64,000 nucleotides of DNA from Cyanophora paradoxa CCMP329 (lineage: Eukaryota > Plantae > Glaucophyta), in contig QPMI01000478.1 of NCBI GenBank assembly GCA_004431415.1, positions 141,541-205,540 on the forward strand, given 5' to 3'. Both the position numbers and the translations under genes were made by a program. This document shows positions 24,101-39,100 of the stretch, one piece after another; the first letter of the stretch is position 1, and every line of letters starts with the position of its first letter. The notes beneath the pieces are model-generated. The model was not told the origin of the DNA. It made no database searches and was given only the letters and a program-made list of their open reading frames with translations.

Positions 24101-27100
24101 TCAGTCGAGCTCGAAAGCTTCTGTTGCTGGTTCATAAAATGAAACCCACCTGCAGGCACGTTGCACACGCTCGCATTCTCCTGTTGCAAAGTAACCACTG
24201 CATTGGCGTCGTATCTGACACCAGCGTACTGCAGTGTTCCATTGCAAACGTAGGATACGCTCATAGACAGCGGGGGCACAGTGACTGCCAGGAATGCAGT
24301 GAGGTCGTTGTCAGCGACTCGAGCGGCCGACGTAGTCGACGAATAGATCTCTGAGCCTTCCGAGCCTAATGGGGTGCATGCGACAGCGAGCGTCTCGTAT
24401 TTCGGCGTGATGCACTCCGTCTGCGGCGCGCGCCAAGTGGCCGATGTCGGAATGGAGTCGGGCTTGATGTCTCGAAAAGTGCGGCCGGGGCATGCCACGA
24501 CAAGGTCGCGTGGCACGCAGAAAGCAGCTGCAAGCACGATCGTGAACGATACGTATCAAATTAAAGGAACACCGTCGTTGTATTCCATCGCAGTGAATGG
24601 GATCCCTTTTTAAAATTTGCGTACCACGTATGGAAGTGGTGGAGTTCGTCGCCACGGCCTGCAGCTGCCCCGCCGCCCCGTAATAGAGCGTCGCCGTGCA
24701 TCGCACGGTCTGGGCCTCCGTGCTCTGAACAAAGCCATCGATGCGCAGGGTCCGTTCCACTTCGTCGACGGCAGTCTGCATCGGCGAGATGGCTTTTGCA
24801 GCGCCTGTCCGCGTCGCGCCCCCCCACTCGCAGGAGACGGTCAGGTTCGCGTAGACGGGAGTGTCGTGGCGGCCGCTGGAGACGGCCCACGCAAAGCCGG
24901 AGACGACGACGGAAGAGATCGAGGCGGGCGCGACCTGGAAAGAGAGCGTCCCAGGAAGCACCGTTCGGTCGGGAGCTGCACGTGCTCATAAGCATCAGAA
25001 TTCGGAGAATTTATCACAGATCAAGATTCCATGAGCAGCAAGCTTAAGTTACCTATCGCTGCCGCCCAGCCTCGCGCTGAGTAGCCGTCAGCGTACTCCA
25101 GCGTTGCCGTGCAGTTCACATCGAACGAAGTGGGGTCCGGTAGCTCTCCGACTCCGATTGCAGAGCCATACGAGGACGAGCCGGGGGCGATCGGCGCCGC
25201 CTCGCCGACGCGTCGGACTCCCCTGCACACGCACAGGACACGCAGACTGTGGAAGGTCGGAGATCCGATCTCGCCCGCCGCTGACAGGGACCAGGCGACG
25301 GAGCCGATGGAGATCGATGTCCTGTTGATGGCAGCCACCGCGAATATCAGGCTCCCCTCCACGGCCTTGGCTGCCGGTCTCATTTTAGGTGTTGTTGACG
25401 TAATGCGAAGCGATCGCGAATCAAAAAGCTATAGCTGGCTATAGCAGCCGAATGATCTGCATGACGTGCATTAATTAATCGGAACGCACCAGCCAGAGAT
25501 GCCGTTTGTACAGCGGCCGACAAGCGCCCGAACTGCACTTCAGGATCTTGTTCGGCTACAGAAGTCACAAAATATATGGAAGAAACGCAGTTGACGGGGT
25601 AGGGATCCACGCGCTCGGGCATTCCTGCAACTACAACGTCTTCGATCGAAACGGATGCGACCGAAACCGTCCGATTGACAGTGCTCCTCATGACCCCAAA
25701 TCCCGTGCAACCGACAGTCACGTTGGCGTACACCGGCGAATCGAGCGCCAAGTCGGGCTCCGTTTGAGCTCGCCACGACATCGATGCAGCCACAAAAGAT
25801 GTGGTTGTCGATGCGCTGACCACGAAAGCAAGAGATCCCGGAACCAAACCTCGTGGAGGCGCTGCGAAGAAAAGAAAATTAGATTTTCATATGCATTTTC
25901 GAATCCTTGCAATCCTCGCAGTTGCCAAGAGTGTTTATATATATGCGTATATGCGTATGCGTACCTGCTGGAACAGCGCATCTTGTCTGGTGTGTTTGCG
26001 AGCTCGTTGTTGCCTGGCTGCTGTTGAATCTAACTCCGACATATCGCAGCACCGCCCGGCAGTTGTACGCCACGCCCGCAAGCATGGGCGGAACGGAGAT
26101 CGTCACAAACGTGGAGGCGGCGTTCGATGCAACTGCCCCCGCCAGCGTGCTTCGGCTGAAGCTCGCGGTCGTTGGTGCCCCGGCGGGCGGCGTGCAGGTG
26201 ACAGTGACTGATTCGAATGCCGGCGGAATGCACTCGACTACAGGCGTATTCCAGGCAGTCGAAGTGGCAATCGACGTCGCATTCAGAGCAAGGCCGGTGG
26301 ACCCCGGACATGAGACAGCGACATCGGCCGGCACGCAGTAAGAGGCTGCGCAAGCGGACAATGGGCGACCGTAATTATAAGCAACGACACGCAAGTGCTC
26401 ATTACGTATAAATTTTATTTGAATTGCAGAATTCAGGACGTCTGGTGCACGTGCGCACCGCGCATGGAAGCGGTGGAGTTCGTCGCCACAGCCTGCAGCT
26501 GCCCCGCCGCCCCGTAATAGAGCGTCGCCGTGCATCGCACGGTCTGGGCCTCCGTGCTCGGAACAAAGCCATCGATGCGCAGGATCCGTTCCACTTCGTC
26601 GACGGCAGTCTGCATCGGCGAGATGGCTTTTGCAGCGCCTGTCCGCGTCGCGCCCCCCCACTCGCAGGAGACGGTCAGGTTCGCGTAGACGGGAGTGTCG
26701 TGGCGGCCGCTGGAGACGGCCCACGCAAAGCCGGAGACGACGACGGAAGAGATCGAGGCGGGCGCGACCTGGAAAGAGAGCGTCCCAGGACGAACCGTTC
26801 GGTCTGGAGCTGCGCGTGATCATGAAGCGTGAAAATTCGCCGAACCCATCAGAGATCAAGATTCCATGAGCAGCACGTTACCTATCGCCTCCGACCAGCC
26901 TCGCGCTGAGTAGCCGTCAGCGTACTCCAGCGTTGCCGTGCAGTTCACATCGAACGAAGTGGGGTCCGGTAGCTCTCCGATTACGATTGCAGAGCCATAC
27001 GAGGACGAGCCGGGGGCGATCGGCGCCGCCTCGCCGACGCGTCGGACTCCCCTGCAAACGCACAGGACACGCAGACTGTGGAAGGTCGGAGATTCGGTCT

Positions 27101-30100
27101 CGCCCGCCGCGGACAGGGACCAGGCGACGGAGTCGATGGAGATCGATGTCCTGTTGATGGCAGCCACCGCGAATATCAGGCTCCCCTCCACGGCCTTGGC
27201 TGTGCATGGCGTCAATGCGTATGTGAGAAAGTGAATATAATTTAAAAAACCGTAGCTGTGCGACATGCGCGTGCACGTCCACTCTACGGCCTGTGCGTGC
27301 ATGTGCACACTCACGCACCGTAAAGTGAATGTGTTTCGGCGGCGGATCTTACGCTGTTGAGAGTGCCGACACGCGCTTGGGTTCCGAAGGGCGATATGTA
27401 AAACAGTGTCGCTGTGCATCGGATTGCATACGATTCTGACCGCTCGGGCAGCCCTGTCACTGTTATGCCATCCGTGGACGACGCTGCCAAGGGGACTGGT
27501 GCAACAGCCTTTGTCAGAGATATGCCAGCCCCGGTGCACGTGACGTTCAAACTTGTGTACGCTGGCGTATCGATCGCCCCCTCCACATGAAGCCTCCACG
27601 TGAATATGGAGATTGAAACAGAAGTTGGCGACGCAGCTGCCGCTGTAAAGTTCAGACTGCCATTCAGCACCTGCCGTGCAGGAGCTGCGCATGCGGGAAC
27701 GAGTGAGTGACCCGAAACTACCGCTTTCGTGCGAGCGTCTTCCGAGTCCCGCTACAAGCGCAAACTCACCGCCCTCAACAGAGCAGACAGTGTCGCCCGT
27801 TTGATTGAGCAGAGCAGCCTTGATCTGATAACCGACGCCCTTGAATTGCAGCACCGCCCGGCAGTTGTACGCCACGCCCGCAAGCATGGGCGGAACGGAA
27901 ATCGTCAGAAACGTGGAGGCGGCGTTCGAGGCAACTGCCCCCGCCAGCGTGCTTCGGCTGTAGCTCGTCGGCGACCCGGTGGGCGGCGTGCAGGTGACAG
28001 TGACTGATTCGAATGCCGGCGGAATGCACTCGACTACAGGCGTATTCCAGGCAGTCGAAGTGGCAATCGACGTCGCATTCAGAGCAAGGCCGGTGGACCC
28101 CGGACATGAGACAGCGACATCGGCCGGCACGCAGTAAGGGGCTGCGCAAGCGGACAATGGGCGACCGTAAGCAACGACACGCAAGTGCTCATTACGTATA
28201 AATTTTCTTTGAATTGCAGAATTCAGGACGTCTGGTGCACGTGCGCACCGCGCACGGAAGTGGTGGAGTTCGTCGCCACAGCCTGCAGCTGCCCCGCCGC
28301 CCCGTAATAGAGCGTCGCCGTGCATCGCACGGTCTGGGCCTCCGTGCTCGGAACGAAGCCATCGATGCGCAGGGTCCGTTCCACTTCGTCGACGGCAGTC
28401 TGCATCGGCGAGATGGCTTTTGCAGCGCCTGTCCGCGTCTCGTTCCCCCACTCGCAGGAGACGGTCAGGTTCGCGTAGACGGGAGTGTCGTGGCGGCCGC
28501 TGGAGACGGCCCACGCAAAGCCGGAGACGACGACGGAAGAGATCGAGGCGGGCGCGACCTGGAAAGAGAGCGTCCCAGGAAGCACCGTTCGGTCGGGAGC
28601 TGCTCGCAGTGTGCATTAGCGTCCAATCTCTACAATGCGCATGCGCCTAACGCGGAGAACGCTAGCATCACACCTATCATTGCTTGCGTGCGATTGGACA
28701 GCTCGCGAAACGAGTATGAAAGCGTTACGTTGCATGTCGTATCATACGAATAGGTGTCGTTTAACCCTTCCACAGTAACTGGAATTGACAGCGAGTACGA
28801 GCCCCGCTCGGGCAGAACGGTGTCGTTCACTTGTCGCCGTGAGCGGTTCTCGCAAGCAACCCGAAGTGAGGTGTACGTTGGGGAACCCCCAGCGCCATCG
28901 GGGGACAAGTCCCACGTGAGGTTCGAGATCTGAACCCTTGTTGCCGAAAGCCGATCGATAGTGAACGGCAAGATCGAAACAACGCGCCGAGCTGCGTAAC
29001 ATGTCAGAGCGCACATGCAGCTGCATTCAAGATCATGATTATGCGATTATCACTGCTCACCTGCGATTGCAGCGATCGGTGCGGACGTGGAGGAAGATGA
29101 ATTTGTTGTCCCTCCATAATACCAGATTGTGACTCTGCAAACTACTGTGTAGCTTGTAGGCATTTCGGGCAAAGTGAAGACATTCGATGCCGGTATCAAC
29201 GTCGAGCCGGGGGCAGGAAGGTCGTCGCCTCTCAGCGTCAGCGCGCTTGTCTCGTTCAGTGCTTCTGCACTGGCCTCGCACGCCAAGGCTAGACCGGTGT
29301 ACAAGGGAGACCCCGGCTCGCCGGCATCCGAGAGCGCCAAAGAGAAGTTTGAGGTTCGTACGGCCGATGCACTGATGGCCTCGACACTGAAACCGCTGAT
29401 ACCAACGACGGACTTGGCTGCGCGGGAAATCGAGATTAGTTCCAGGTCGATCATGACGCAGCCCGCTTAGTACACAAACGACAGCAAACTATGCTAGAGG
29501 CCATGGGCGATCCCGATGGACACGCACAGGTCAGGGATTGGATGGGAGAGCTGGCGTTCCGCGTGGCCAATCCGCCTGGACCGCCATGAATCAAGAAATA
29601 CAGAAATAATGCCCCGCAAATCTAGGTACCGAGGAAAATGAGCTCTGCCGAGCAAATGATCGTGTACGAGAAAGGGCGTTCAGGAAGCCCCGTGATAACT
29701 ATCGGGTCAGCGAAATTTGTGCCGGGGGCCAAGTCGGCAACGATGCCCGTGCTGCTCGCCCCAATGCTCGGGGCTTCGCAAGTAACTCCAAGCCGGACAT
29801 AGGCCGGCGTGCCAGCTTGGCCGGACATCGATAATCGCCAGTTGAGGGCGGAGGTCCGGACGCTGGTCGTGGAGATAGCCTGCGCAGTGAACGCAGACAG
29901 GCTCGTGACGCGCTTGCTGTTCATCGGCTCTCCCGACGGGAGAACGTTCGCCTCTGCGTATGTACGCGTGCAAGGGTGAGAGACTGCTTAGGCTGCTCGA
30001 AGCCTTCGCGAATTCGAATTCTCTAACCGAGTTTCAAGATATCTGACGGAGAGACCGACCCGGCAAAATAGGCACTACGCATCCGTCAGAAACTCACTTT

Positions 30101-33100
30101 AATAGCGAAACCAGGCATGCACTGATCGTGAGACGCGTACCCGCATGTGCCCTCAAGCTCCGTGATCGCTGCCTGGGACCGATCGCCTTGCGGAACGTTC
30201 GCTATCGCTTCATCGAATTGCACTGGACGACGTTGATATTCAGAGGCAGCTAGTGTTGAATCTAGATATTGTAGATTGGAAAAGACGGCGTACAGGTTGC
30301 GCCAGCTTGCGGCTGGGAGAAGTTTACGCTCGAGAGGTTTGCGACGAGAGCGTTGGTTAGGAAAGACCCGGCTGGACCATCCCTGCCGCGCGCAACAAAG
30401 AACAGCGGTCCACATGTCCATGCCCCTCCACCCTGCCGCCCTCCTGCTCCGTTCTGTTTGGGCATAGCAATGAGCAGCAAGAGCATGCGCAGCGCTCCTC
30501 ACCCAAATCCCGCACCTGCGCCACCGTTACCCAGACCGGCGACGGTGCTGTGAGGTCCGCGTAGTACAGCCCGCTGGCAGCTGTCCACGAAGAATCTCGA
30601 CCCTGCGCATGCGATTGGGCTGTCAGCGACTGTAAACATTATCAACTCGTTTGGCCTTACTCCGAAATAGAAGAGCCTTTTATCTGGAAGGGGAGGGGGC
30701 CGGGGTCGGCGAAAGCTTGGGGGGTGGGGGATAAAATCGAAGGCGTGAGCACCGAAAACCGCTCCCTGTGCCATGTCCGTTCTTGGCTCTCCGCTTGCTG
30801 AGTGCTCGATCAGCGTACCCCACCTGGCGGTTCCTTCTGTAGCGTCTGCATCGTAGAAGCTGCACGCTCTTCAATATCAGCCTCTGAATTCAAATTCGAT
30901 CATGGAGTAACTACTACGTGTGATCGCGTACATGATGGAGTTAGTGAGTACTCTGCTGCCGGTGCTCGCGTCGAGCTTTGCTCCTCCCGCCACGAAAAGC
31001 TGCCCCCGATTGAATGAGAATCTTTCAGCTGAATCGGCACGATTGATGAACGCGCTCTATTGTTGTCTTTGACTGACCTTCGTGCCAAGTACGACGGAGA
31101 CAGGTCCGGATCGGGCGCGGCCGTTGATTTCGTCCGCTGTTCCAGTGTTCACGTCGACGCAGTCCGAGTTCGACAGGCCATCTGCGTGACACACCGCTCA
31201 GAAAAAGCTTTTGAAAATAAAAGAAAAAGAGTCCTAATGAAGCATTTTCTTCAATATAGCGAAAGCAAATTGAAATTTATTATTACCCCATTCCAAATAT
31301 CTGCGCAAATTCGAAGGCAAGAAGGGATCGTCAGCTCTAGATGGCGAACATGTTGCTTAAGCTTTCTGGAATGGACGTGCGCGCCTTGACCCGGCCTGCA
31401 TAGGAGTCCCGTCCGAGCTCGCATATGGGACGCCGGTGTGCGCGACCAGAAAGAGCTTCGAGCCGAGCCCGCGGTGGATCCAGCCGTCCTCGGAGAATGC
31501 GCAAGAGTCGCTCAGAGTGACGGGGGTCCAGCTTGCCGCCCGTGTGGCGGGGTTGACCGTCACAGTGCGGACGCCGCCTTCCCCTGCGAGGCTGTCTTCA
31601 GTCCTGTAACTAAATATAACCCTAAATATCGAGGCTGTCTTCAGTCCTGTAACTAAATATAACCCTAAATATAAGTCCTTCAGTCCTTCAGTCCTGTAGC
31701 TATATCCGACGCGCTCAATGTTCGAAGACGAACCATTGAACAGAAGGAAAGGAGCAGCGAGCACTAGCTTGGTACGGAGAGCTGTGGTCGACCACAGTGT
31801 CCTTTCGGGCGCGCGGGCAATCGACCGTACAAGATAAACAGGCCTTCGTAGGGCTGCAGCGTTCATTCATTTGCAGTAATTGGATTCAGCAAAACATGCA
31901 AATGAGCTCATGCAATCGTTACAAAACCAGAGCCCGGGCACCTGTTCTCTTGCTTGACCAGATGATCGAAGCGTTTTCCGAGTAGCGCAAGGTGGCGGTG
32001 CACACCACGTCGAACCAAGAGACGTCAGGGAGGTCCCCGATCGTGACGTTGCCGGCCGCGGCCGAGGCGCCGCTCGGGATGTCCGAAGCAAAAGATGCCG
32101 ACTGGACAACGCCGTCGTTCTCGCAGGAGACGTCGAGCCCCCGATATGAAGGAGTTTCAGAAACACCACTCTGCGAAAGGCTCCATGAAATGTTTGCGAT
32201 GCGGACGGCGGTAGAAGACACGGCCTCGACCGCGAACTGCTTTGTTTCCACCACGTAGCGACCTGTGTGTTGTTTTTAGATTGCATCCCGAGTTGAAGGC
32301 GCAGTATTCGTGCGAGAAGGAGATCTAGAGCGGACGCACTAGGTACCGAGAGAACGGAAGCAGCTGTCCGCGAAGCACTTCTCCCGGAGTAGTAAAGCGT
32401 TGCGGTGCAAGTGATCGCGTACGGCTCAGTTCGCTCCGGGAATGCATCGATCGTGAGGTTGCTTCCGGTTGTGTTCGCGCCGGAAGGGATTTGTGGGATT
32501 ATTGCAGAGATCGTCAAATTAAGTTCTTCACAATTGCAGGCGACCACCAAGCTCGTGAAAAACGGCGTGCCCTGCAAACGGCTTTATTCAACAGGATTTG
32601 AGAGCAAATGGTTGCGTGGGTTTATATATAGTTACGCGCATCATCGCCGTCGCTTGAGAGTCGCCAGATGATGGCGCCAATTTGGACTGTTCGAGTGGAC
32701 AATGGCGTGACCGAGAACGGGTCGACGCTCATCACGCGCTTGCTCAGAAGAAGGCGACCAGACGGCGAAACATTTGCCTCTGTTAGTTTCCCATCAGCTT
32801 TATTTCCCTTTGCTATATGAGTAAGCACACCGAATTTTGCGACGGTATTTACGTTCCCTGTGGATCCCACGAAATAGGCGCCGCATTTCGATTCGAACTC
32901 CAGAGTGGCCGCCTGAGAGAGCTCCCCGGGGGGCAAACTGGCTGACGCCGTCTCAAATACCACTGCTCGAGATCATGATCAAAGGAATGCGTTACAAGTA
33001 AATATAAAGTTAATCGTGCATGGTGAGCTCGCTTGCGATCGGGCACTGCAATATTAATTGTACCTTCATTGACGCCGTAGCGGATGGGCGACAGGTCCGC

Positions 33101-36100
33101 GTAAATGCCAGTCGAGGTGGTGTTTTGTATGCTGACGCGCCCACGCGCCACGAACAGCAGCGAGCCGCAGACCCACGCCCCTCCGCTGTAACGCTCGCCA
33201 GCTCCGGTCTGGCGCGCGAGGCCACGGTAAGTGCTCGGCCGCACGTGAACAATAGCTAGCTGAAGCGAGGGAAGGTGGAAGGCCCGCACTTGATTCACTC
33301 GCACCCACCGCGCCGATGGCGACACCCCAGTCACATCCGCGAAGAACAATTCGCTTGTGGCCTCCCACGCGGCATCCCGCCCCTGCATCAGAATCGAACA
33401 CTTGTAAGAAAGTGCCGACGGCTCAGAATCGCACGCTCGCTGTATATGTACATGTACGCACCCCGAGGTAAAATAACTTCCCGTCTTGTGTCTCTAGTCA
33501 GCGCTGATTTCGAGATTGCGTGAAATGGAGACGTGCGTGCGCGTACCGTACACCGCGCCTTGTGCTAGATCCGTTTTCGGCTGGCCATCAGACGTGTGGG
33601 CGATAAGAACACCCCAACTCGCAGTGCTCGCTTCGTAGTAGCTGATATTCCCATCAGTCAATCACAAGGATTATTTTGCTGCAATCGCGAAACAGCCGTG
33701 CGCGAGCGTTCGCACATCAACGAATTTGTGAGAACCACGCCGCCAGTCGTTTTGTCATACATTGCGCCTCCCGCCACAAACAGCTGATTCATTTCAGCTT
33801 TCGTTAAACCATATATATACATATAGATGCGATGGTATTCGCTTCAGAGAGAAGTCGCAACCGACCTTGCTACCATATATGACAGAAACGGGGCCAGCCC
33901 GCGCTCTTCCACTGATCTCATCTGCACTGCCAGTGTTCACGTCCACACACGTCGAGTTGGAAGCTCCGTCTGCGCGCAGGCCAGCTGTAAGCGACACTGC
34001 GCGGGTGCGGCGCGCCCAGCGACTTGGCGCTCGGCAACGTTAACTCTCCCCCAAAACATGGCACAGCATATAGAGCGCACCCCACTCGAGGTACCTGTTC
34101 GTGATTGCGAGTTAAATCGAATTTGTGATGTCTCAATTGCAAGCGATGCAAGTGTGATAGAGAATCTTGGGCGGCGCACCGCGAACCCGCCGGGATTTTC
34201 GTCCCATCGGCGTTCTCGTAAGCGGCACCCGTGTGTGCGACAAAGAAGCCCTTCCTGCCGAAGCCCCGATGGATCCATCCTTCTTCGGAGAAGGGACACG
34301 AGCTGCTCGGCGCGAACGGCGTCCAGCTTGCAGTGCCTCTAGCGGTGTTGATAGTAACAGTCCGAACTCCGCCCTCACCTTCATCCGGCTTAGAAAATGC
34401 GTCTCGCATCACTATTCCGACATTTGCGAACCGTTCAGAAGCACAAAAGGAGATGCAGACACGAGTTTGCGTCGCAAAGCCGAGGTATACGTAGCTTCAT
34501 CTGAAGCGGCGGCGCTGTCCTCTTCAAACGTATATGTGCTCGGCATGAGCGTAGCCCCTCTCTGAGCTCGAAGCTCTGATCGAATCAAAAGTGTGAATGC
34601 ATCCGCAAGGCATTCTCTCTTGGATTTCGCACCGATCAGCGTGGCGCTTTGAGATGCGAATCCGCTGGCCGAGAAGCGAAGCTCCGCCGTGCACGTGACG
34701 TAGACGTTGAAAAGCGACATGTCTGGCAGGCCTTCGACAATCACCCCGTAGGACGAGTTCGACGATTGCATTGACGCCAGCTGCGCCCCAGGAAGCAGCT
34801 CCCCTTCGAAGTCCGCCGCAGCTCGGGCGTCCTCGGCGACGCAAGTGACCGTCAGCCTCTTGTACGTTGGGAACCCCACCGCACCCCATGACGAGAGGTT
34901 CCATGCTAGCGGGGACGTCTGAATTGCCGTCCCCGACAGCATGGTGAGCGTGAAAGGGAGAATGCCGGTCACATTGCGTGCTGTGAAAACCGGCCGGTTA
35001 ACATGTTATCACATCCAGCCCCCAGAAATTAAGGAAATTACACAAACAGTAGTGCGGGCTTAAAATGCGCTCTCTGCAGAATGCTGTCTCTTAGTGCTCG
35101 TACCTGGAATAGAGAAAGCAGAAGAGCTCCTGCCGCTTGCAGCCCGACCCGAGTACATGAGGGTAGCGGTGCACGAGATCTCGTAGGGCTGCTGCTGCTC
35201 AGGGAACCCATCCATGCGCAAAGACGCGGTCGTGGAGCCGCTTCCCGGCTTTATGTTCGAAACAGACGCAGACAAAGTCTGGCCTGCACCGGTGCATTCA
35301 ACATTCAAGCCAGAATAAAATGGTGTTCCCTGATAATAACAAAAGGTCAGCAGTAGAATTGTCGGGCCATGCAACATGATTCTGAACTTTCAAGCGTGCG
35401 CTAACACAAGAGCACCTCTTCTCCATCTGCAGATAAGGACCACGATATTATCCCCACCTCGACCGCAATCGGAGTGATCGGTGTCACCGCAAAGCTAGCC
35501 AAAGCTTCGACCTTCTTCGACACCATCATGGAGCCTCGCGGTGAGATGTTGGCCTCTGTCAACGTCGTTTGCGAACGGTGCCTTCAGAGTCAGCGAGCTG
35601 GTTTTCTCAGATCTAGAAAGGCTTTATTTATCTACTTCTTTATATCCAGTTCCATATACACCCGACCCCAAGCGCAAGGCGAACCGAATCTGTGCACTGT
35701 TCCGGGCGTCCGCAGGTCGAGGAATACCGCACCACACTTCTCTTCCAGATCGAGCGCGGCCGGTTGTGACATTTCTCCCTCCGGCGAATCCGCGAGAGCG
35801 GTGTAGAACGCAACTGAGCATGACATGGGAGTGGCGAGCATGCAGCATGAGCGCCCCGTTGCGCAACCCAACCCCGAAGCACGCGCCTGATTTCATCTCC
35901 GATCCGAAAGCTATGGGTGAAAGATTGGCCGTCAGGACGGTTTTCGAGGGAGCTCCATTGATCCCTGCGCCGCCCCGGGCCAGGAAAAACATTGACCCGC
36001 AGATCCAAGCTCCTCCACCTTGCCGCCTGTCGGCTCCGCGCTGCGCACTGGTCGTCAGCCTTGCGAGGCCCTGAGGATTTATCGAATCGAATTTTCAAGG

Positions 36101-39100
36101 CTTGGTGTTAGTCGACGTCAGAGACTCGGACCTGGTTTACTTGCACCCACGTGGTCGACGCGAGAGTAAGGTCCGCAAAGAAGAGATCGCTCGTTGCCGA
36201 CCAGAAGGCGTCCCGTCCCTGTACGTGCGGGGCGCTTCAGCAACTCGTCAGAACGGGTGGCCATGGCATGGCAAACAACACATACGCCAAAGTAGAAGAG
36301 CTTTCCGTCTGTGTGGGCACGTACGCGTGCGAGTTCGAATACGACAAGGCGTCAAGGGCGTGGGCGGACTAGGCAGGGAATTCGAACGCACTGAAGACAG
36401 CCCCCTGCGCCATATCAGTCCTCGGTTCGCCTGCCGCTGAGTGCGCAATCAGTGTCGCCCACGTCTGCAGGTTCGCGTCGTAGTAGCTGCCACGTGCACG
36501 GAACAGGGAATCATGATCAGCTTCGTCATTTAACGGTTTTCGGAATGAATGCACATGAGTGAGTCGGTGAGAAGTTTGCTTCCAGTCCCTTCATCAACTT
36601 TCGCTCCACCCGCCACAAACAACTGCTCACGTGCATGATACTAAGCATTTCGTCTCCAAGAAAACGCACGCATTATTCCTATAGCTATAGCTATTTGGAC
36701 AAAGATTTAAATATCGCACCTTGTGACCGAACACGACAGAGACGGGGCCAGTCCGCGCCCGTCCGCTGATCTCGTCTGCACTGCCAGTGTTCACGTCGAC
36801 GCACGTCGAGTTGGAACCTCCGTCTGAGCGCAGGCGTAATATGAGCGACATCGCGCGCATGCGGCGCGCCCAGCGACTTGGCGCTCGGCAACTCTCCCCC
36901 GAAATTTACACATGGCACAGCACATGATCATGATGCTCACCCCACTCGAGGTAGCTGTTTTCGAGCCGAACCGGAATTTCGATATGTCAGTTGCAAGCAC
37001 TACAAGCATGATACGAGCTCTGCAGCAAAGTAGAGAGCTCAGAATGAGTTGCCAAAAATCGCACCGGGAACCCGCCGGGATTTTCGTCCCATTGGCGTTC
37101 TCGTAAGCAGCACCCGTGTGGGCGACAAAGAAGCCCTTCCTGCCGAGGCCTCGATGGATCCATCCTTCTTCGGAGAAGGGACACGAGCTGCTCGGCGCGA
37201 ACGACGTCCAGCTTGCGGTGCCTGCTGCTGCGTCCACTTCTATTGAGCCGATACCGGCAGTACCTTCAGTGGAAAAGCAATATTCTGTCAGTTCGTATAA
37301 ATTTACGAACTACCCTTTGAACGCATGCACCCGCCACTAGCTTGAAAGGAGCAGAAAACACGATGCGCAAAAGTTCGAGGTCTGAAGCCGCACTCCATGC
37401 AGTGAGCGCGACCGCAGAGTGCCAGACAACCACGTCACGCTTGACGACGAGATCCACATGCGTGGCGGTACCCGTAGCTAGTCCTGCCGCCGAGAACAGA
37501 AGTGTGGCAGTGCAGTTGATAGATACATCGAAGAACGACATATCGGGAAAGCCTGTCATTGAGACGTTCGGGGCGATCGTCACCCCTGGCGAAATGTCTG
37601 ACACAAACGCGCTCCTGGTTGTTCCGTCGCTTGTGCAAGCTACTTCCAATCTGCGGTAGCTGGGGGATCCGTCCGCACCGCTGAAAGAGAGCTCCCACGC
37701 GATCGGCGACGTTGCAATCGTGAATCGGTCCGCTTTTGATATAGTAAAAATCAACGAGCCCTCGACATCTCTCGCTGTTGGAAATGTGAGCACATCTCTC
37801 GCTGTTGGAAAGGCAGAGTCTTTGCACCTGCAAGGGAGAAAATCAAATCTGAGAAGGAGAGTTTTGAATACGAAGCGTTGCTGCCAGCAAACAACATGGC
37901 AGTGCAGTTGATCGAGTACGAGCGGGGGGCCTCCGGAAAGCCCTTCAAAGTGACCGCATCCACCATCGTTTCGCCCGGAGATAACGACGTATTGATATAA
38001 GCTTTTGTTGTCCCGCCGCCAGTGCAGCTCACGGTTAGATTTGGATAGACTGGCGTATCAATCGCACCCTCCGCTGGCAGGCTCCATGTGATAGGAGTCG
38101 TGACGATAGACGTTGTCGATAGGGCGACCACTGAGAAATTCAGCTTGTTGGCAACCACTGACCTCTGCGGCGCTGCAGAGGGATTAGGCGCTGAAAATGA
38201 TTCAGGGAACGAAGCTCAGAGCACCTGGCGGAACCGTGCACGCAGTGCTGCCTATCTGATCGCGCCAGAGCGCTGTTCGCTCGTTGCCCAGACCACTGGC
38301 CAAGAGTGTCGAACGACAGTAATACTTCAGGGAAAGCGACGTTGGCGGGACGTGGATAAGGAGGACATCGATGGTAGAGTTGAAGGAGGAGGCGACGGGG
38401 GCGAAATCGGAGCGGTTGGTATACTCGGGCGCATCATCAGCTGTCGAGCAGTTCACCACTACCAGATCTATCCGCGGCATCACGCAGTCGGCGGCGGCTT
38501 GATCGATCCACGAAGCTCTCGTCGAAATGGCCTTCCATGCTGGATAGAGGTCTTCGTTCGTACTTCCAGGGCATGATGTCTGCAGATTGTTGATCGAGCA
38601 ATAAGAGGCTGCGCGCGATGGAAAATTGTGATTATTTGGCATCTGTAGACCCCAGGCCTAGGAGAAATGGTTTTTTGAGTCGCGAAATTTAAAGCCGGAG
38701 CACCTCTCTTTAGCAACGTGGTGTTAGTAGCCGAGACGGATCCCGGCAGTTCATCTCCGAAAAATAGCGTGGCGTTGCATTTCACCTGCAGCTCGGCCTC
38801 TATGCTAGGGGTGAAGCCGGAAACGACGGCAGCTGGAGCCGAGGTGGACCCAGCAGCGATACCGGTCACCGCAACAGCGCGGGTCTCGCCGTTCGGACTG
38901 GTGCAGACAATTGAAAGGTTCGAGTACGAGGGCGTGTCGATGGGACCCGCGCTCGGAAAAAGGGACCAGGAGCACGCCACTTGCACGGATGAAATGGAAG
39001 ACGGTTCTGCCCGCATCTCAAGGGAGCGAGCGACCCGCGGTGCAGCTGCGCTCGCACATGTACATATTAGAATCTAGAAGTCATGATCGATATCAGGGAG

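Noticed and set aside
31617-31670. Telomere-like AACCCTAAA words
   Set aside because: Only two isolated copies, created by a local duplication; this is not a telomeric tract.
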